From Octopus vulgaris (Eukaryota): a stretch of 64,000 nucleotides of DNA. The translations under genes and the position numbers were made by a program. The notes beneath the pieces were generated by a model. The model worked only from the letters and a program-made list of their open reading frames with translations. It was not told the origin of the DNA and did not search any database. The DNA lies in contig OX597831.1 of the NCBI GenBank assembly GCA_951406725.2, positions 23,746,001-23,810,000 on the forward strand, given 5' to 3'. Below, in pieces: positions 13,439-27,112 of the stretch; position 1 is the stretch's first letter, and each line of letters starts with the position of its first letter.

Positions 13439-14312
13439 CAGGGTAAGTGAATAAACTGTCATCTAAATTATGCAAAAGTAAAATTAACACTGACATCCCA
13501 TTTTAACAGATATATTTACCAAAATTTCATAAAGGAGTAAATTTGTTGAATAAAATTGCCATTGGCATCAGCTACGGCCTCCAGACGACTTTGGAATCTC
13601 TTGCAACTCTTCTGGACAGTGACTTTGTTTAAGTTGGTGAATGTTGCCATAATCTTTGCTTTCAGTTCATCTTTGGTGTTACAAGGAGTTGTGTTGCTCT
13701 CTCGCTCAACTGTACCCTACATATAATAATCAAGATGGTTGCAGTTTGGGGAGTTAGGTGGCCAAATGTGAGGGGTGATGTGGGAGCAGAACTTGTCTGA
13801 CATCCATGACCGTGTTCTCCTGCGTGTGTGGCATGGTGCAGAGTCCTCTTGCCAGACTCAGGGTCTCCCAAAAGCTACCCACTTGACCCAGGGCAGCACT
13901 ACCTCCTCCAGGCACTTGATGTAGGCTTCTGTGTTGAGTGTGAGACTGTGTAGGAAGATGAATGGAAGCAAAACGTCGCCATTGCTAGTGATCACACCAA
14001 ACACCATGATGTTGACTGGATGTTTGATTTCCATCACTCTCGGTACATGTCCTCAGATTGCACTGTCCTCAGATCAACACCCAAACACTCTGAAATCTTC
14101 ACATTGGAGCTTCCAGCACCAAATGCCAAGCAGTACAGCACGTTGTTTCCAAATTTCTGGCAGAGTAAATTGTGTCATGGTGCTGTTTTTCTCATAGACA
14201 GTACCCAACTGACCCTACTATATTGTGTAGTCGACAAAATCAAAAACAAACAACAATGCACATGTGCAAAATTAAAACTATGAAATGGTGACAATTTACC
14301 CATTGCAACCTA
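13439..14312 (-). mobile_element. Internally deleted DD37D (maT-type) Tc1/mariner transposon
   Basis: Minus-strand translation KHPVNIMVFGVITSNG...YIKCLEEVVLPW...WQEDSAPCH...WPPNSPNCNHLDYY...RFQSRLEAVADANG has exactly 37 residues between the last two Asp and two in-frame stops. Degenerate TIRs (CAGGGTAAGTGAATAAACTGTCATC / GGTGACAATTTACCCATTGCAACCTA) flanked by TA. Confidence 0.85.
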
Positions 14313-14812
14313 TATATATATAGATAGATATATAGATATATATGTATATATATATGTTTATATACATATTTAAATATATATATATATGTGTATGTATGTA
14401 TGTATGTATGTATGTATGTTTGTATATATTTCTATATATGAATATTAATAATTTCTTAATGTATTTAAAGATCACACATTTTTAGAAGAGTAGTTTAGTC
14501 AATTAAATTAATTTCATTAGATTATTTCATTTATTTTATATTGTAATTTGTGAAATATAGTGTTGATGGTTATAATAACCAAACATACCAATCCCTAGGT
14601 GACTGCATTTCTGATGAAATGACTGACAAAGGAGTGTATTTGTAACTCACAGCAGCAGAACATTTTAGAATGCAACCTTCTGTGGAAAGCAATATTTTTT
14701 TTTCCATTTTCCCAATGTAGTTTGAATCCTTCAGTGATGTGCATGAACAAACGATACACACATATACAGCCTGGGCATCAGCACAGTTGCCATTTATCAA
14801 ACTCCACGTGTC

Positions 14813-15216
14813 GGCATGTGCATGGTTGTGTGATAAAAGGCTTACTTTCCAGCCACATGGTCCTGGGTTCAGTCCCACTGTGTAACACCTTGGGCGAGTG
14901 TCTTCTTCTCTAGCCTGGGGCTGACCAAAACCTCATGAGTGGATTTGGTAGATAGAAACTGAAAGAAGCCTGTTGTATATATATTGTGTGTGTGTGTGTC
15001 TTCGTGTTTGTGCTTTTCCCCACACCATCACTTGACAATTGATGTTTGTGAGTTTATGCCCTTATGGCTTAGTGGTTTGGCAAAAGAAACTGATAGAATA
15101 ATCGCTAGGCTTACAAACAACAAGTCCTGGGTTCGATTTCTTCAGGTAAGACCTTTTAAGCCGGTGCTCCAGCATGGCCACAGTAACATGACTGAAGCAT
15201 GTAAAAGAATAAAAGG
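14813..15216 (+). mobile_element. SINE family A, diverged
   Basis: Head with B box GGTTCAGTCCC, body and GTAAAAGAATAAAAG tail. Confidence 0.8.
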
Positions 15217-15352
15217 ATAGGTCATTGGACTAATCCAAATTCATGTTTGAAGATACAAGATATAAACGATATTGTCTATGTGCGGTGATGAACTTGCAGA
15301 ATTGGTATCAAATAGAATGCCTCATATTTCTTTTCACTCTAACCTGGTTTAA

Positions 15353-15574
15353 CCCTTTAGCATTTAAACTGGCCATATCCGGCCAAAAGTACTCTGCCTG
15401 TTTTATGTTCAAACTGGCCAGATCTGGTCTCTTACACCAACCCTACAATATCGTTTTAAAAATTAACAGCTACCTCATCAAAATCTCATAGCTACAAGAT
15501 TAATGCATGATTAGTTCAAGGCAATGTGGATAAAAAAGGATTAATTTGGGCAGAATAATGTGAACACTAAAGGG
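15353..15574 (+). mobile_element. piggyBac-like non-autonomous MITE with TTAA target duplication
   Basis: TTAA|CCCTTTAGCATT...AACACTAAAGGG|TTAA: terminal inverted repeats with CCC/GGG ends and TTAA on both sides. Confidence 0.8.
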
Positions 15575-15684
15575 TTAAACCAGCTCTGGCTCTGAGTACA
15601 AATGTCTTGTTTCCAAAAGTTTAACTCAATGGGATTTAACCCTCTAGAATTCAAATTCTTCTGCCAGTTGTAATGCACATTACA

Positions 15685-16075
15685 CTCTCTTTTACTTGTT
15701 TCAGTCATTTGACTGTGGCCATGCTGGAGCACCACCTTTAGTCGAGCAACTTGACCCCAGGACTTATTCTTTGTAAAGCTAGTACTTATTCTATCAGTCT
15801 CTTTTGCCGAACTGCTAAGTTACGGGAACATAAACACACCACCATTGGTTGTCAAGCGATGTTGGTGGGACAAACACACACAAACACACACACACATGTA
15901 TATACATACACATATATACAACGGGCTTCTTTCAATTTCCGTCTACCAAATCCACTCACAAGGCTTTGGTCAGCCCGAGGCTATAGTAAAAGAAGCTTGT
16001 CCAAGGTGCCATACAGTGGGACTGAACCTATGTAGTTGGTAAGCAAGCTACTTACCACACAGCCACTCCTACGCC
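15685..16075 (-). mobile_element. SINE family A, full length
   Basis: Reverse complement of the family A pattern. Confidence 0.85.
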
Positions 16076-17351
16076 TATATATATATAAAACCATACATTT
16101 TTAAAGAGGATATGATAGATTTATTTGATCCCAGTAACTGAATGGTATTTAATTTATCAATCCTTAGAAGAATAAAAAGTAAATTTGACTTCAATAGAAT
16201 TAGAACTCACAAAGTAAACTAAATAACACGGTATGTTTTGTATGGCACCCTTCCAATTTTCTTATCTGCAACAATCACACAAGAATAGTAATAATTGATA
16301 CTGGGATTGAGTGTGCTATTGTTATGGTGATAATAATCATTCTCAACACTATCATCAAAAACTTCAAAATTTTTATGTTCTGTTAATGTTTATTATAAAC
16401 AACAGAAGTTATGTTTATAAATAATGTAATGTTTTAGAGAATTTTTAAAATAATTACAACCATTTTGTTTATTTGATTATTTCTATTCTATTTTATTTAT
16501 CTATTTATTTATTGCTCTCTCGTTTTTCTACAGTGTAACGAGGAAAACTGTACACAAATGTAATTAATTATGAACATAAACACTTGTTGAATTTTTTTGC
16601 CATGTTATATATATTTTATATTTGTGAAAGAAGTTTTGTTTTATGTACACTATTTTAATAGGGGTTTTTTGGCACATTTTAAAATATTTCAAGTTTTCTA
16701 TTTTAACAGGAGTTAAAAAGTTACGTAAAAAGTAAAGATTAAAAATACAACAAGAAAAAAATAATTGAAATAAAATATAGCCACCTAAAATAATGAGTAG
16801 TTTGTGTATATTTTATTAATAAAGATACATCAATGACATAGTTATCTTGCTTACACCTACACGTACATGAATATATATATAGACATATATATTCGTGAGT
16901 GTGTATTCATGTGCATATGAGTCTGTACATATATGTACACAGAGGAAATATATCACATTTTGGTGGAGCAGAGTGAATGTAAAAATTAATAAATGCAAAT
17001 GGTTTCATATCTCAGCCACCACCAGAGTTCTATTGTGTCATTTACCAAGTTACGTAAATTTTTTGGTTCGGTTCACCAGTCTACAAAATAGTGCAAAACA
17101 CCAATACAGGTCCCTGGCATAAGTATTTGAAGCACTTTACATAATTACCACATACTTTTTGAGCCAACTGCAGAGCCTCTTCACTAGTGTTTCTCAAACT
17201 TTTTGTTATGCTTGTGTAACCCTTAAAATAAATTACGTCTCAAGGAACCCCTGCACAAAAAATATTATATACCATATTTTCTCATACTTTTTCATCATAG
17301 TTCACATGGTAGATATCACATATATCCAATTATCCATTCATCCATCCATCC

Positions 17352-17413
<62 letters not shown>

Positions 17414-17909
17414 GTATGTACTATCTATCTATCTATTATATATATGTATGTATATATATATATATATTATGTATATATATATTATTATATATATATATAT
17501 ATATATTGTATGTATGTATATATATATGTATGTATATATATATTATATATATATATATATGTATATATATGTATGTATGTATATATGTATGTATGTATAT
17601 ATATATATATATATGTGTATTTATGTATATATATATATATATGTATGTATGTATATATGGTTATATATTTTTGATAACACAATAGGTTAGATAGGATGAT
17701 GTCTATATTACAATATTACAATAACCAATGATATGTTGTGCATAATAATTTTCTTGTACTATCTCATACACTTCCCACTTACTAACAAACGTTTACTTGC
17801 AATCACACATACATGCACATATACACACATACAAACTACAACCACATGCCTTGCAACACACACACCATTTCTCCCGCACATAACCCTTCTACATTTGCAG
17901 TGTCATCTA

Positions 17910-18710
17910 TGAGGCGGTATCAAAAGGTTCCTGGACTAGTTCTGAAGTGCACCAATAGATGGCAGCACATAGTTGCCTGCACACTGAAAACTAGCAGTGA
18001 CCCCTCATGGGGCAGTGTACCGAGTGACATCACTGTGTTTACTTCGCAAGTTGTGAAATTTGTGATTTTGTGATCACATGTATGCTGTCCTCTGTGGTGC
18101 TGTCATGGACAGGAACAAAGAGCCAGGAAGTCTGCTACAGAGACATTGAGCATTCTTTGGTAAGCTTATGGCGATGGGGCAACGGGTTGTGTACAATGTT
18201 TCAAGTGGTATAGGCACTTCAAATGCTGAAGAATTTCCCTGGAAGAAAATTAGCAATCTGGAAGATCTGCCACAAGTGTCACTTCCAGAAATGTGGTATT
18301 GTACATCGAGAATTCTTCCTGGGCAAGACCCTCAATCAAGAATTCTACTGTGGCATTTTGAAGAGTTTGAGGGAGGACTTTCAGTGAGAGTGACCAGATC
18401 TTTGGACCATGAAGAAGTGGGTTCTTCACCAAGCTCTCCTCACTCACGACCTTCTTACCAAAAACACCATGGCATCACTTCTGAACCTGCCATATTCACC
18501 AGATTTTTCAGCTGCAGACTTCCATCTCTTCCTCAAGATGAAAATGCAGCTTGAAGGCCACTGTTTTAACACCATTGTTAAGGTCCATAGCAAATTGTAG
18601 AAAGCCCTTGATTCCAGGACAGATTCCAAAAGTGGTAGGAATGCTGGGACTGGTGTATCGCATTGCAAAGTGATTATTTCAAAGGGAATTATGTTAAAAC
18701 TTCGGTAAAT
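17910..18710 (+). mobile_element. Decayed, internally deleted mariner transposon
   Basis: Left end TA|TGAGGCGGTATCAAAAGGTTCCTGGACT is mariner-TIR-like. ORF 18409-18600 carries PYSPDFSAADFHLFLKMKMQLEGHCF (the YSPDLAPxDF motif). No right TIR seen beyond the adjoining SINE. Confidence 0.75.
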
Positions 18711-18711
18711 A

Positions 18712-19114
18712 GATGCAGGAGTGGCTGTGTGGTAAGTAGCTTGCTTGCCAACCACATGGTTCTGGGTTCATTGCACCTTGGGCAAATGTCTTCTACTATA
18801 GCCTCAGGCTGACCAAAGCCTTGTGAGTGGATTTGGTACATCGAAACTGAAAGAAGCCTGTCGTATATATGTATATATATGTGTGTGTGTGTGTGTGTAT
18901 ATGTTTGTGCGTCTGTGTTTATCTCCCCAACATCGCTTGACAACCGATGCTGGTGTGTTTACGTGCCCGTAACTTAGCGGTTCGGCAAAAGAGACCAATA
19001 GAATAAGTACTAGGCTTACAAAGAATAAGTCCTGGGGTTGATGTGCTCGACTAAAGGCAGTGCTCCAGCATGGACACAGTCGAATGACTGAAACAAGTAA
19101 AAAGAGTAAAAGAG
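18712..19114 (+). mobile_element. SINE family A, full length, abutting the mariner relic
   Basis: Complete family A pattern; AAATA(G) on both sides may be a short target duplication. Confidence 0.88.
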
Positions 19115-19788
19115 AAAATAGCTGAAGCAAACTTGAAATCCTTCTCTTAGCAGGTAGTTCAATGCTTTATTCATTTGAATATCTCACCTTCACATATGCA
19201 GATAACAGCTGTGAGTTTGCAAGGCACTGAAGAAATTAATTGTTCTTTTTATCGACACATCCAAAACGGTACTCTGCCTGAGGGATACAAAAAAACACAT
19301 TTCACTTGATTTGAACTCTCAATGCTATCAGCAGGTAATTGAATATACTGCACACTTGGCCTTCTAACTTCTCTATATTTGGATATCTTGCCAAATCTTC
19401 AAAACAATTCAGTGATCTCTTTACAGATATTTTTATTTTATTTTATTTTATTTTATTTATTTATTGCTGTGGGGAAATAGTGAAAAAACAAATTGAAATG
19501 AAAAGAAATTTAAAAGGAAATCTTGTTTAAAAACTATACAAAGCTCCAAGAAAAACTACTGAGGATCGATACATTGTCATTGAATTGATATATTGGAATT
19601 AAATATTGATATATGTAGCCAATAGTATGTCTAATGTAAAGCGAGAAAATTTTCAAGGGTCTTTTACAAACAGACCTAAGCTTACTTCTCTTACTTGTTA
19701 GATATGAAGAATTTTTGATAAAATATTGTTGCCACCTTTATAAAGGAAACTACACCCACCCACACACACACATATATATATGTGTGTG

Positions 19789-19909
<121 letters not shown>

Positions 19910-20142
19910 GTGTGTGTGCGCAATAAGATATATGTATGCATGTGAGTGATTGCTGGTGTGTATGCATATTGGTATACATGTATATAGATATGTGTGTGTG
20001 TTAGTGTATTTATGCATGTAGCATGCGTATCCATGGATATGTTAATCTACATGCATGAGTATGTATACATTATGAATAACTATGAGTGTATGCAAATATA
20101 TGTAAATATACAAATATGTACATATATATATGTATATGTGTG

Positions 20143-20271
<129 letters not shown>

Positions 20272-21008
20272 ATATAGGTAAATGCTTGTATTGAATTTGA
20301 AGAAAGAAGAGAAAAACATTATTTTCAATGATGGCAAACGGAATATCTGATTGAAAAGGGCTTTAAAATCAACGAAATAAAATCACCAAAAAACCAAAGA
20401 AAAAAAAAATGGAAAATGAAAAAAAACAAAAAAACCACTCAAAGAAGAGATGGTTTTCAAATTCCATTTTGTGTATCACATGTTATCAATTAATTTTTAG
20501 TAAATGAACAGATTTATTCCAATCAATTTCTAAGCCTCTGTAATTTTCTAACATGAAACAAACTTTTTCCTTTAAATTGCTCAATGTCAGATGTTGGTCA
20601 ACTCTGATTTATGTCTTTTGAAACAAATAAAAATGTTATTTGTTGATTCTTTCTATCCATTTCTTCAGTTTTTTTTTTTGTTCTTTCTCATCCTGTCATC
20701 TGTTGGTCTGTCTGACTTTCTGTCTGTCAGCAAGTTTGTCTCTGTTCTTCCCTTTCTAACTCAACCGTTTATTTTCTCTACTCATATGTGTGTGTGCATG
20801 TATATATGTGTGTGCGTGTGTGTGTGTGTGCAATAAATAGTTGTGTATATATGTGTGTGTGCAATAAATAGCTGTGTGCGTGTGTATATATATATATATA
20901 TGCAATAAATAGTTGTATATATATATATTGTTTGTATGTGTGTGTATGTGTGTCTGTATATGCATGTATAAAAGTACATACGTATACACATAGATTTTTG
21001 TGTATATA

Positions 21009-21102
<94 letters not shown>

Positions 21103-21771
21103 TAAGTAAATATAGACATATATGCAAATATATGCAAATATATAAATGTGAATGTGTGTGTATGTGTGTGTAACAAATTCATAGCAGATGTTAAAAGGCA
21201 AAGTCATGGAGTGAATTATCATCAACCAAATCCACTCACAAGGTCTTGGTTGGCTGAAGGCTGCAGTAGGAGACAGTTGTACACGGTACTCTGCAGTGGG
21301 ACTGAGCCTGAAACCATATGCTGAGGAACCAAACTTCTTTAGCCACACAACCACGCATTCACCTATGCGTGTGTTTGTATTAATGAACATACACAGGGTT
21401 ATAGATCTATTTCAGCTGATCTTACCAATAAGTTCTGCAGTGGGTATTAAATAATGGGATATTTAATAGCCAGTGTGAATCTGATTGGTGAGATCACCTA
21501 AAAGGGATCAATATTACTGTATATTTTGATTAATATACCAATTCTGTTGACAAATATACAAATTCACATTTTTTTGTGACTTATGGATTCTTAGACAACT
21601 ATAAATATACACATAAACACACATATGTGTATATGTGTGTGTATATATAAATATATATGTGTGCGTATTTATGTATGTATATATGTATATATGTATGTAT
21701 ACATATATGTATGTATATATATGTATATATATATGTATGTATACATATGTGTATGTATACATATGTGTATG

Positions 21772-21819
<48 letters not shown>

Positions 21820-21879
21820 TATATGTATATATAAATATATATGTATGAACATATATATGTATGTATATATATATATATG

Positions 21880-21936
<57 letters not shown>

Positions 21937-22029
21937 GCACATAGATACATATATATCTGTGTGTGTATGTAAATATAATTATATATATATATTCATATAT
22001 CTATCTATCTATATATGTATGTATGTATG

Positions 22030-22072
<43 letters not shown>

Positions 22073-22589
22073 GTATTTATCAATGATGCCTGCTTTTATG
22101 TCAAGTTATAGAAAAAGAATTCAATTGGAGGATTACTGAAAACTTCTTGGTGGAGTACATATAAACTTTTGTAAGGAAAAGGCTGACAGTCAACATTTTC
22201 CTTGTCAAAGTTAAATCACACATGTACTTACATGTGTCAATTCATGTGTGTATGTGTGTGCACATAAATGTGTGTGTGTGTATGTGTGTGCATATAAATG
22301 TGTGTGTGTGTGTGTATGTGTGTGTGTGTGTGTATGTGTGTGTGTGTGTGTACATATAGTGTAAGGCCTATAAAGTATATTAAAAAAAGTGCTGCAGAGA
22401 CTAAGCGTTATCTGACACAGAACTCAATACAGTTGGTAGAGTAGATATATACTATTGCTATATCAAATGTTGACTGTACTCTGAGTTTTGCCTCAGGCTG
22501 TGTTGTTAATGACTATATACATGCATGCACACACACACACATACACACGCACACACACACACACACACAAACATATGTATGTGTATATA

Positions 22590-22870
22590 GAGTGAATTCA
22601 CAAAGAAACAAAAGACAAAGACAGGTGGTGTAGACGACAAACAGATGTATTAGTATAATGCTTGGGAAGTGAAAAAGCCTTTAACATTTTGAGCCTATGC
22701 TCTTCCACAGGAAAGGACACAGAAAGAAACAGGGAGAGAAAATAAGGAACGTGTAGTGGCTAGTGATCTATCATGGCAAATGCCAGGCACAAGGGTCACA
22801 CAGGAGAGCTAGGGAGAAGGGGAGATAATAAAGTGGTGGGGATCCCAAAACGAAGGTGCGTGTGCGTGTG
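22590..22870 (-). mobile_element. Penelope-like terminal repeat fragment with degenerate hammerhead
   Basis: Minus strand at about 22679-22715 reads CTTTC-CTGTGGA-A-GAGC-ATAG-GCTC-AAAA-TG-TT-AAAG; homologous to 61330-61455. Confidence 0.5.
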
Positions 22871-23332
22871 TATGAGAGAGTTTTGTGTGTGTGTTTGTGA
22901 TAGAGTAGATGTGCATATCTATATTCACACGCATACATAAATATTTATATAATAGATCATGCAAACATTTTTCTGTCAAATATGAGTTCCTGTGTATCTA
23001 TGTATTTGAGTAATGTGCATTTGAGAGAAAGAAAGAAAGATGGGCTTCTGTACCAATTTCATTGAAATGGTATTAACCATTCTAAGGCTATAATAAAAAC
23101 TAAGGCACCAAGCAGTGCAACCTTACTTGGCATCATGTGACTTTTAAGTGAACTTCGTGACCTCATAGCCATGAATGTATACACACAAACACACACACAC
23201 ATATACATACATAAATATATATAGGTGTGTGTGTATATATATATATATATACACATACATATGTATACATATCTATATGCATACACACACACATATATAT
23301 ATAAATAGATAGATATATGTATACATACACAA

Positions 23333-23385
<53 letters not shown>

Positions 23386-23940
23386 ATATGTTGTGTGTGT
23401 GTGTTCACACATACATATTTATATAATGAAAGTAATAAATATTTTTCTGTCAAACATTTGTTTTGCTATTTTATTATTTTGTTATTTATTCATTTTTTTT
23501 ACCCTGTATTCTTTTAATTGCTCTAAAAATCCACTTTTGGTATAGTGGAAAATATCAGAGAAAAATAATGCCAAATGTATAGTAAGAATTTTATAAAAAA
23601 AAAAAAAAAAAAAAATATATATATATAATCTCTAATGTGTAAAAGCAACATACAAACAACCAAAAAAAAACATGGACCAATAAATATAAAAGTATTTCTG
23701 CAGTTTATATGTTGTTCCAGTAAATCAATTTATTGATTGATTTTGATAAAACTTAATTAAATATCCTATAGCTTGTTGTCAGTTGTCTATAAAGACATTT
23801 CACAACATCATCCCCTTTGCATTTCTACAGTTGTTTGTTGTTGTTCTTGTTATTGTTGCTACTGCTGTTATTTAGCCCTAGGGCAGTACTGACAGGATAG
23901 AACTATGATCAAAAGCCATTCCAACAGTTACTATCCCAGT

Positions 23941-24175
23941 CTTATTTCTTTACTACCCACAAGGGGCTACACACAGAGGGGACAAACAAGGACAGACAAA
24001 TGGATTAAGTCGATTATATCGACCCCAGTGCGTAACTGGTAGTTATTTAATTGATCCCGAAAGGATGAAAGGCAAAGTCGACCTTAGTGGAATTTGAACT
24101 CAGAATGTAGCGGCAGACGAAATACTGCTAAGCATTTTGCTTGGCGTGCTAGCATTTCTGCCAGCTCGCCACCTT
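23941..24175 (-). mobile_element. SINE family B
   Basis: Full reverse-complement family B pattern. Confidence 0.85.
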
Positions 24176-24217
24176 ACTATCCCATTCTTTTCTGCTGAAA
24201 GGAATGGGATCACAATC

Positions 24218-24524
24218 TGTTGTTGTTTGTTCCTTCTCGAGCCATGCCTGGCTCATAAGGGCTGGTTTCCCGGTTTTCTTGGCGTATAGGTTCCCCACCT
24301 GGACAGGACGCCAGTCTGTCACAGGTGAGTTGGAAGATGCAGGAGGAAAGAGTGAGAGAAAATTGTGGTGAAAGAGTCAGCAGAAGTTTGCCATTACCTT
24401 CTGCCAGAGCCACATGGAACTTAGGTGTTTCGCTCATAAACACACTCATCGCCCGATCTCAGATTCGAATCTGTGATCCCTCAACTGCGAGTCTGCTGCT
24501 CTAACCACTCGGCCATGTGCCTCC
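24218..24524 (-). mobile_element. SINE family C2 (tRNA head, C body, GGACTGGCGTCC...AAACCGGGAAACC tail, (AAC)n end)
   Basis: Reverse-complement homolog of 50701-51007. Confidence 0.85.
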
Positions 24525-24759
24525 ACTAACAATGTGTTACTTATGCTAAATGTGTTATTCATTGTGTGCCTTCCTTTCGATGATGGTCGGTTATAATTTG
24601 AGGAATATATGGCTGCTATTTTGAGGATAACTAACAATGTATGCATAGATCCTGTGGTATACATAATACATAGCCCTTTAGTATTGTTGCTCTTGTTGTA
24701 GTTATAGTTGATACTAGTATTATAACCCAATTTCATTCGGGTCTACTCAAGCCACATTT

Positions 24760-24946
24760 TAAAGATGGGGCTCTGGACCCCCTTGAGTCGATAAAAAAAT
24801 CACTCTTTTTGCCATAGCAATCCTCACCATGCATTTAGTATCCCTGCCAATTTTCAGCTCAATCCTAGCCTCGGTTTGGCTGCCATTAACCATCAAAACA
24901 AAATGTGCATACAATTTTCGTCCAAGGACTGTTTTATAGATATAGA
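24760..24946 (-). mobile_element. Putative non-autonomous Helitron 5' fragment
   Basis: Minus strand starts A|TCTATATCTATAAAA, a Helitron-like 5' TC terminus; internal GCCAATTTTCAGCTCAATCC...CGGTTTGG motif typical of such elements. Confidence 0.45.
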
Positions 24947-26151
24947 TTAAACTGCAAGCTGGTCTAAGTATAAACACAATATTTGTCAACAAGCTGATAT
25001 TTTCCATGACAAAACGCTGTGAGTAGCTTATTCCCCAGTTCAAACTGGCATCAAGGATATTCGGGTGAATAACTACATTGCAATTTTACTTATCACTGCT
25101 TAGGGGTCCCATTCCATAATTTACTAACAGTGAACCACCGTATAGTGTTGCCAGTTATCGTATGGTGACTGGAAAAGCATAAGAGAGGCAATCTCTTCAA
25201 CCAGCTTGTAGTGTTGTTTGCCCAGTGTCTGTTACTGATGAGGAGATAATTACTCCAAAATGCTAGCATTTCACAGTCTAGGTTGATAATGCTACGAGCT
25301 GATCTAGGTTTATACACATGACTTGTCAACAAGGGAGATATATTCTCCATGATAAAACACAGTGAGTATTTTGTTTGCTAGTTTGAACGTGCATCAAGCA
25401 TATTTGGACTGATAATACCATTGCAGTTAAACTTTATATCAGCTTTCGAAGATAGACCACTACACCCAGAGGCTTTCCTGCAATAAACATCATTTTTTTC
25501 TCTATAAGTATGGTTAAATTGCCATTTGCATCCTTCATTTCTTAAGATGCTGATATATAATTTTTTTAAATAGGTGATTTGATTGTTATTTCTTGGAACC
25601 TCATGTTATCTGCTGGTCCAGCCAAGAAGTACTGCAAATTATGGAACAAACTCAAATGGTTGATTGATTCATAACTTGTTGCCAAGTCCAGCATGCCTGG
25701 CAGCCATGGAGTAGAGAGATTCCAAGACAACACAATTAATACATTGGCCAAGGTTGAATGAGTACAGAAACAGTTATCAATAGTCAAATTTTGTGTTGGA
25801 AGCAGTCCTATAATGTTAACTTTACCAATGTCACACAATGTATGTGTTGTTAAATGCTTTTAGGCTGCAATATTTCATCCAGAGATCATTAAAAATTTAG
25901 AGTGTTAAAAAAAAATCACTACACTTCAATGCGAGAGGAAACTAATTACTCCAGAAGTAAACAAGAACAGCAGATATCAATATTTCAGCTATTTCTACTA
26001 AGCAATGCTGCATACTTGATTCATCTTTGAAACAAATTCGAATCACAGGCCTGAAGTTTATAGAGATGACTTTAAAACTTTATCTGCTGATGAGAAAAAA
26101 ATACTGCAGAAGTAGAACAAAATTCAAATTTTGCATCATGTGTAGCCCTAT

Positions 26152-26555
26152 CGTCATCATCATCGTTTAACATTCGTTTTCCGCGCTAGCACGGGTTGGA
26201 CGGTTCGACTGGGGTCTTGGAAGCCAGGGGCTGCATCAGGCTCCAGTCTGATCTGGCAGTGTTTCTACAGCTGGATGCCCTTCCTAACGCCAACCACTCT
26301 GCGAGTGTTTTGGGTGCTTTTTGCGTGCCACCTGCACAGGTGCCAGGGGGGTCCAGCATCGGCCACGATCGGTTGGTGCTTTTAACATGGTACCGGCACG
26401 GAAGCCAGCCAATGCAGCGCTGGTATCAGCCACGTTTGGATGGTGCTTTTTATGTGCCACCGGCACTGGAGCCAGTTGAGGCAGCGCTAGCATCAGCCAC
26501 GTTCGGATGGTGCTTTTTATGTGCCACTGGCACAGAAGCCAGTCGAGGCGGCATG
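26152..26555 (-). mobile_element. Family D element with four internal 62-67 bp units
   Basis: GTGCTTTT anchor at 26314, 26376, 26443 and 26510. Confidence 0.85.
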
Positions 26556-27049
26556 CTAAATATTATCAATGTCACATACTTAATATATGTGAGCTATTAA
26601 ACAATTTTTAGGCTGTGGCATTTCATCCAAGGAAGGTCCCTTTAAAGATGTAAAGTAAACTTTAAAGCCAGGTGAAACAAATTGTCCCTGAAGAGAATGG
26701 AAATGACAGATATCAATATTTCAGTTGTTTCTGCTCATTAGTGCTGCATAGTTAATTCACCTTCAGTATGAATGTCAATCACTGGTCTGGAGTATACGCA
26801 GAAAGTGTAAAATCTTCCTACAGATGTATAAAAGCACTGCACTAGTAGTTTAAGTGAAATTTCTGTTGTACAACCACATAACCCACTGCTACCAGAAAAA
26901 CATGTCTTAATTTAATTGTCAAATTGTGATGACATTGTAATTAACTTCCAAAATTTGTAGCCTGGTACCTATACTAGAAATCATTAGTAATAACATTATC
27001 ATTATCATCATCATCATCATTGCCGTCATCATCATCATCATCATCATCA

Positions 27050-27083
<34 letters not shown>

Positions 27084-27112
27084 CATCATCATCATCATCA
27101 TCATCATTATTA

